Below are positions 60,401 through 64,000 of a DNA stretch of 64,000 nt, in pieces. The notes beneath the pieces are model-generated. The model did no database searches. It was not told the origin of the DNA and saw only the letters and a list, made by a program, of their open reading frames with translations. Source of the DNA: Felis catus (Eukaryota); the NCBI RefSeq assembly GCF_018350175.1, contig NC_058368.1, positions 155,994,001-156,058,000 of the forward strand, read 5' to 3'. A program made the translations under genes and the position numbers. The number at the start of each line of letters is the position of its first letter. The first letter of the stretch is position 1.

Positions 60401-62133
60401 ATTATTTACAAAATATTTCTAATTTATAAAAAAGCTTCGCTGGTCTTCCAGTGTTTATGTGTTTGAACACTTAGCTAATCCACATGCACGCATCCAAACA
60501 CAAGAACGAACCAATGAATGAAGTTCAACACTACAGCTCATGCAATACATCCAAAGTGAAACACACTCACTAGGCTGTGATTACTAAGTGATTTGTCTTT
60601 ACAAATCATACTACATTCCAAAGGTCAACCAGCTATTAGAGTTAAATCTGCTATGGATCTCATATCTTAAATTTTTTTAAGTGAAAAGTAGGCAGATATT
60701 AAAATGTTGACAGAAAACATCTCAGAATAATTTCTAAGAAAATATGGTAATTTTTTACTGCAACTGTGCTTGTCGGTAATAGGATATAATTAAGTCATTA
60801 TTAAACACTTTATTAGAAAACTGAATGCAGCTCCAATTTTTTCACAGAGCTAATATTCAATCTAGAGTAGTTAAATAACAACAACAACGAAATACTAATT
60901 ATAAAGGGTCACAAAAACTGGGACTTTGACCCGTTGCAGGAATTGCAATCCTGAAAATAACCTTGGTTGAATTAACTGGGAGCTCATGTTAGATGATAAA
61001 CCTCTTTTAGTCCACTTATTTAATTATATCTTTTGAATTTAAGGGTTAAAGACAGTGGCCCCCAAAGTCTTGACTTTACTTTCCGTGCCTCAGATGGTTC
61101 TGCCTAGAGTTGGTTACTGCATGCAAATCATCTTTTTTTGGTGGTTTCATAGTTTCCAGCCATAACTAGACATTAACAAAACAATTTATAAGCACTGACT
61201 GTTGAAGACATTCCTACATATCCAACGAGATACGCAATGCAAGCTAAATAGGAGAGCATTTGCAATTTAAAATATAATTTTCCATAATGAAAATGTAAAG
61301 CAGTCGTTCTGTTTTATTCAGTATGGCAGGTTAGGAATCCCCGTGAAGCTACATTGAAGCAAAGAGTAGATTAATAATTTAATTTGGTTCAGAACTATGC
61401 AATGGGGCACCACAACCTTTTATTCCTTAACCAGCTGCTGACCCTAATATGAATGAACCAATTAGACATCTCTATTTAATTGTTGGGTGACCCATCTAAA
61501 ACTCACTAGGAATTTTCATTTTCAACAACACTCAACAGTCTGAAAGAATCCTAGTTATCCCCCTGGTGGAGGTGGTTGATTTGATAGAAGCACACAAAGG
61601 AGTTCAGCAAACGGGGGGAAGAAACTGCAAGATCATTTTAGACTGTGTTCTGTAAAAGAACATCTTAATATAATGAGCCTTTTTCAGTCTCCCTTGGCGG
61701 AGCATCAGCCCTCTCAGATAACCCCACACAAAGCAAATACCATCCGTCTGAAGTTACATTTGCTCCTTGTTATCACAACTTATGCCACTTAATTCATTAT
61801 TCAACGAATTCACTTTCTTGTTTATTAGATGCAAGGTAGCCGCTTATCCCTAAAGGCCATGTATGCAAAAGACTGCTTGTAATCCTGTCACTTCAAACCT
61901 CTCTAGGCTTTTACATTGCTTCAGGAATTAGGAGGAAAGAAGCAAACAATTTAGATTTATTCCTGATGATATTAAATCTGTACATGATGAAAGAAATAAG
62001 AAAGAAATGCTAACATGAAATTTGTTGATTTGGAGAGTGGCTTCAGATGCTATCTTTACATGTAAAAGTTAGCATATTCACTCGCTTCCCATAATAAACA
62101 CCTTGAATTATTTTTCTACATTAAAGAAGAATG

Positions 62134-62180
62134 AATATACATATATATACACATATATATATGTATATACATATATATAT
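62134..62180. repeat. (TA/CA)n low-complexity repeat
   Basis: Read directly. Confidence 0.85.
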
Positions 62181-64000
62181 TTTGTACAGACTGGCTGCAA
62201 AAAAAGGTAGTATGTCTCATCAACTTCATTTCAAAGATGCAGGCCAGCTCAATTCACGTGCTGAAAACAGATATTAAACATACTATTGAAAATCTGATAT
62301 GTGATGTGTCAGGCTTTGGGGCACCATTCTTTAAGTATATTTAATGTTGGGTTAAAAAATGCATTGAAAATGTTTCTTTTAATTTTTTCAATATGAGTAT
62401 TTCAAGATCCTTTTTGGTTATCAGTAAAAAAGATGTGATAAGTATATTCTGAATAATAGAAGATAATATAACACTGAACTCTTCACACAATATGGTATAA
62501 TGGTCAGAGTTATTTCAATTTGATTTGGTAATCTTATGCTATTAAAATCATTAAAATGTAAACGAATTACTGAATTAAACAACTTTCACTCCACTCTTAG
62601 CACAATTAATATTGCATAAAATTATCTGCATAATTATACACAGTATGTTTACATAAAACATCCAGGAAAAAGCTACAAATCAGAGGCTGAGTGTAAAATA
62701 TTTTAAGCTGTATGCTGAAGTCTTCTAAATATGGAAATCTAAGTGGCTGTTTTACTATTGGTGCTTTACGTAACTGAAGACAGTTCTAAATTTCATGCTT
62801 TACTTATTTAAATGCTAAATAACCCTATACTTTTTTAAATTCTCATAAATAAATATATGAAATATATCTAGACTGGATGTATTTTAAACCTGTGTGCGTT
62901 ATTTGCAAAACTAAGAAGGATTTACTTTCTTCAATTAATTTGTATTATGAGGTAACTATTTGAGATTCAACATTAGTTCATCAACAAAAACCACACAGAA
63001 CATTTTAATGCAGCACAGCAAATACAGATATGCCTAGGACAAAAGACCCAACATCTCTAGAAAATAGGAACCATTTACAAGGAAACTCACTTTGTGAATA
63101 GAGTTCTGACTAACAAAATAATGGGTAAAGAATTAACTGCTACTATTCTAAGGAAGGAAATACACCTGAAACCTCACATAACTAGCAACTGTGGGTATTA
63201 TTGTAATTATTGCCATTCTTCCAAATATCACTCATATTAATACAGTGACGAACAAATTGATTTACCTGAATAATTAACCTTCACTACAGCATAACTACCT
63301 TAGGCACAGATTCATGTTTTCTATTCAGCTTAAGACATAAACCTACCAGAGAAATCACACTCATTAAACATACTGCAAAAATCAATTGTTTCCTGCCACT
63401 CAGAGGAATTAATATCAACAATTAAGTTGTGCAGTATTTTCAAAAGCTTATATCCATCTGTCTGTGCCAATTAAACAAAAGCAGCAAAATAGAGCAAAAT
63501 GAAATTAACAAAGAATGCTAATAAAATACAACTTTTCTGTTGATGTCTTAGATATATAACTTTATTCATTATTGTACAACTCTTGGTTTTTTACATGTGG
63601 GAGATTTAAAAAGTCACCCAGTGATTTTTTATAGTGCAACCGTATGCTAGATAAAGATATTTAAGCTGTCAGTATAAACTGCTTCTGTTTTCATTTTGCA
63701 TTTAATTTCAATGCCAGACTCAAGGCATAAATTTTTCATCACCTGCAATGCTATGAATAAAAGATTAAAAAAAGAACTGAGAAGAAATTCTAACACATGC
63801 GGTGCATGCGGCACATTGTGCAGACGCAGTATTCATAACTAGATGTTTAATTTCCATCTCTCTCTCTCTCTCTTTTTTTTTTTTTTACATCAGGAACATT
63901 ATTATTTGAGTTAATACATCATGGAGCTAATTTCCCAGTATTTTAGCTTTGCAGCATTCAAGTTTACCTAGTTTGGGCCAAATAGGCCATTCATTCCACT

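Noticed and set aside
63857..63960. Very strong-looking 3' splice site
   Set aside because: The pyrimidine tract is a (CT)n/poly-T microsatellite and all frames close downstream.

Overview
AT-rich, non-coding mammalian DNA from a carnivore, most likely a felid, judging by SINEC_Fc-type CanSINEs and an L1_Fc-type 3' end. I can support no protein-coding exon, functional RNA gene, CpG-island promoter or prokaryote-type system. The ORF-track entries are L1 ORF2 remnants, SINE-derived or chance ORFs. The window looks like a gene desert or a very large intron. It holds about 17 CanSINEs (many with readable target-site duplications), two carnivore-era 5'-truncated L1s, old L1M, L2 and MIR fragments, MaLR/ERVL LTRs, DNA-transposon MITEs (MER46C, Tigger2a, MER47/Tigger5, MER5, MER91), a probable MamSINE1 and microsatellites. 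The most notable non-repeat signals are two blocks that look like conserved developmental enhancers: about 28.0-28.7 kb (Pbx-Hox plus Meis motif grammar) and about 50.6-51.6 kb (homeodomain/TALE motifs and two perfect palindromes inside a ~4 kb transposon-free stretch). There is also a short L1 3' transduction, inverted SINE pairs and templated-insertion scars. Repeat family names are from recall of consensus sequences and no alignment was run. I found no convincing novel biological system.
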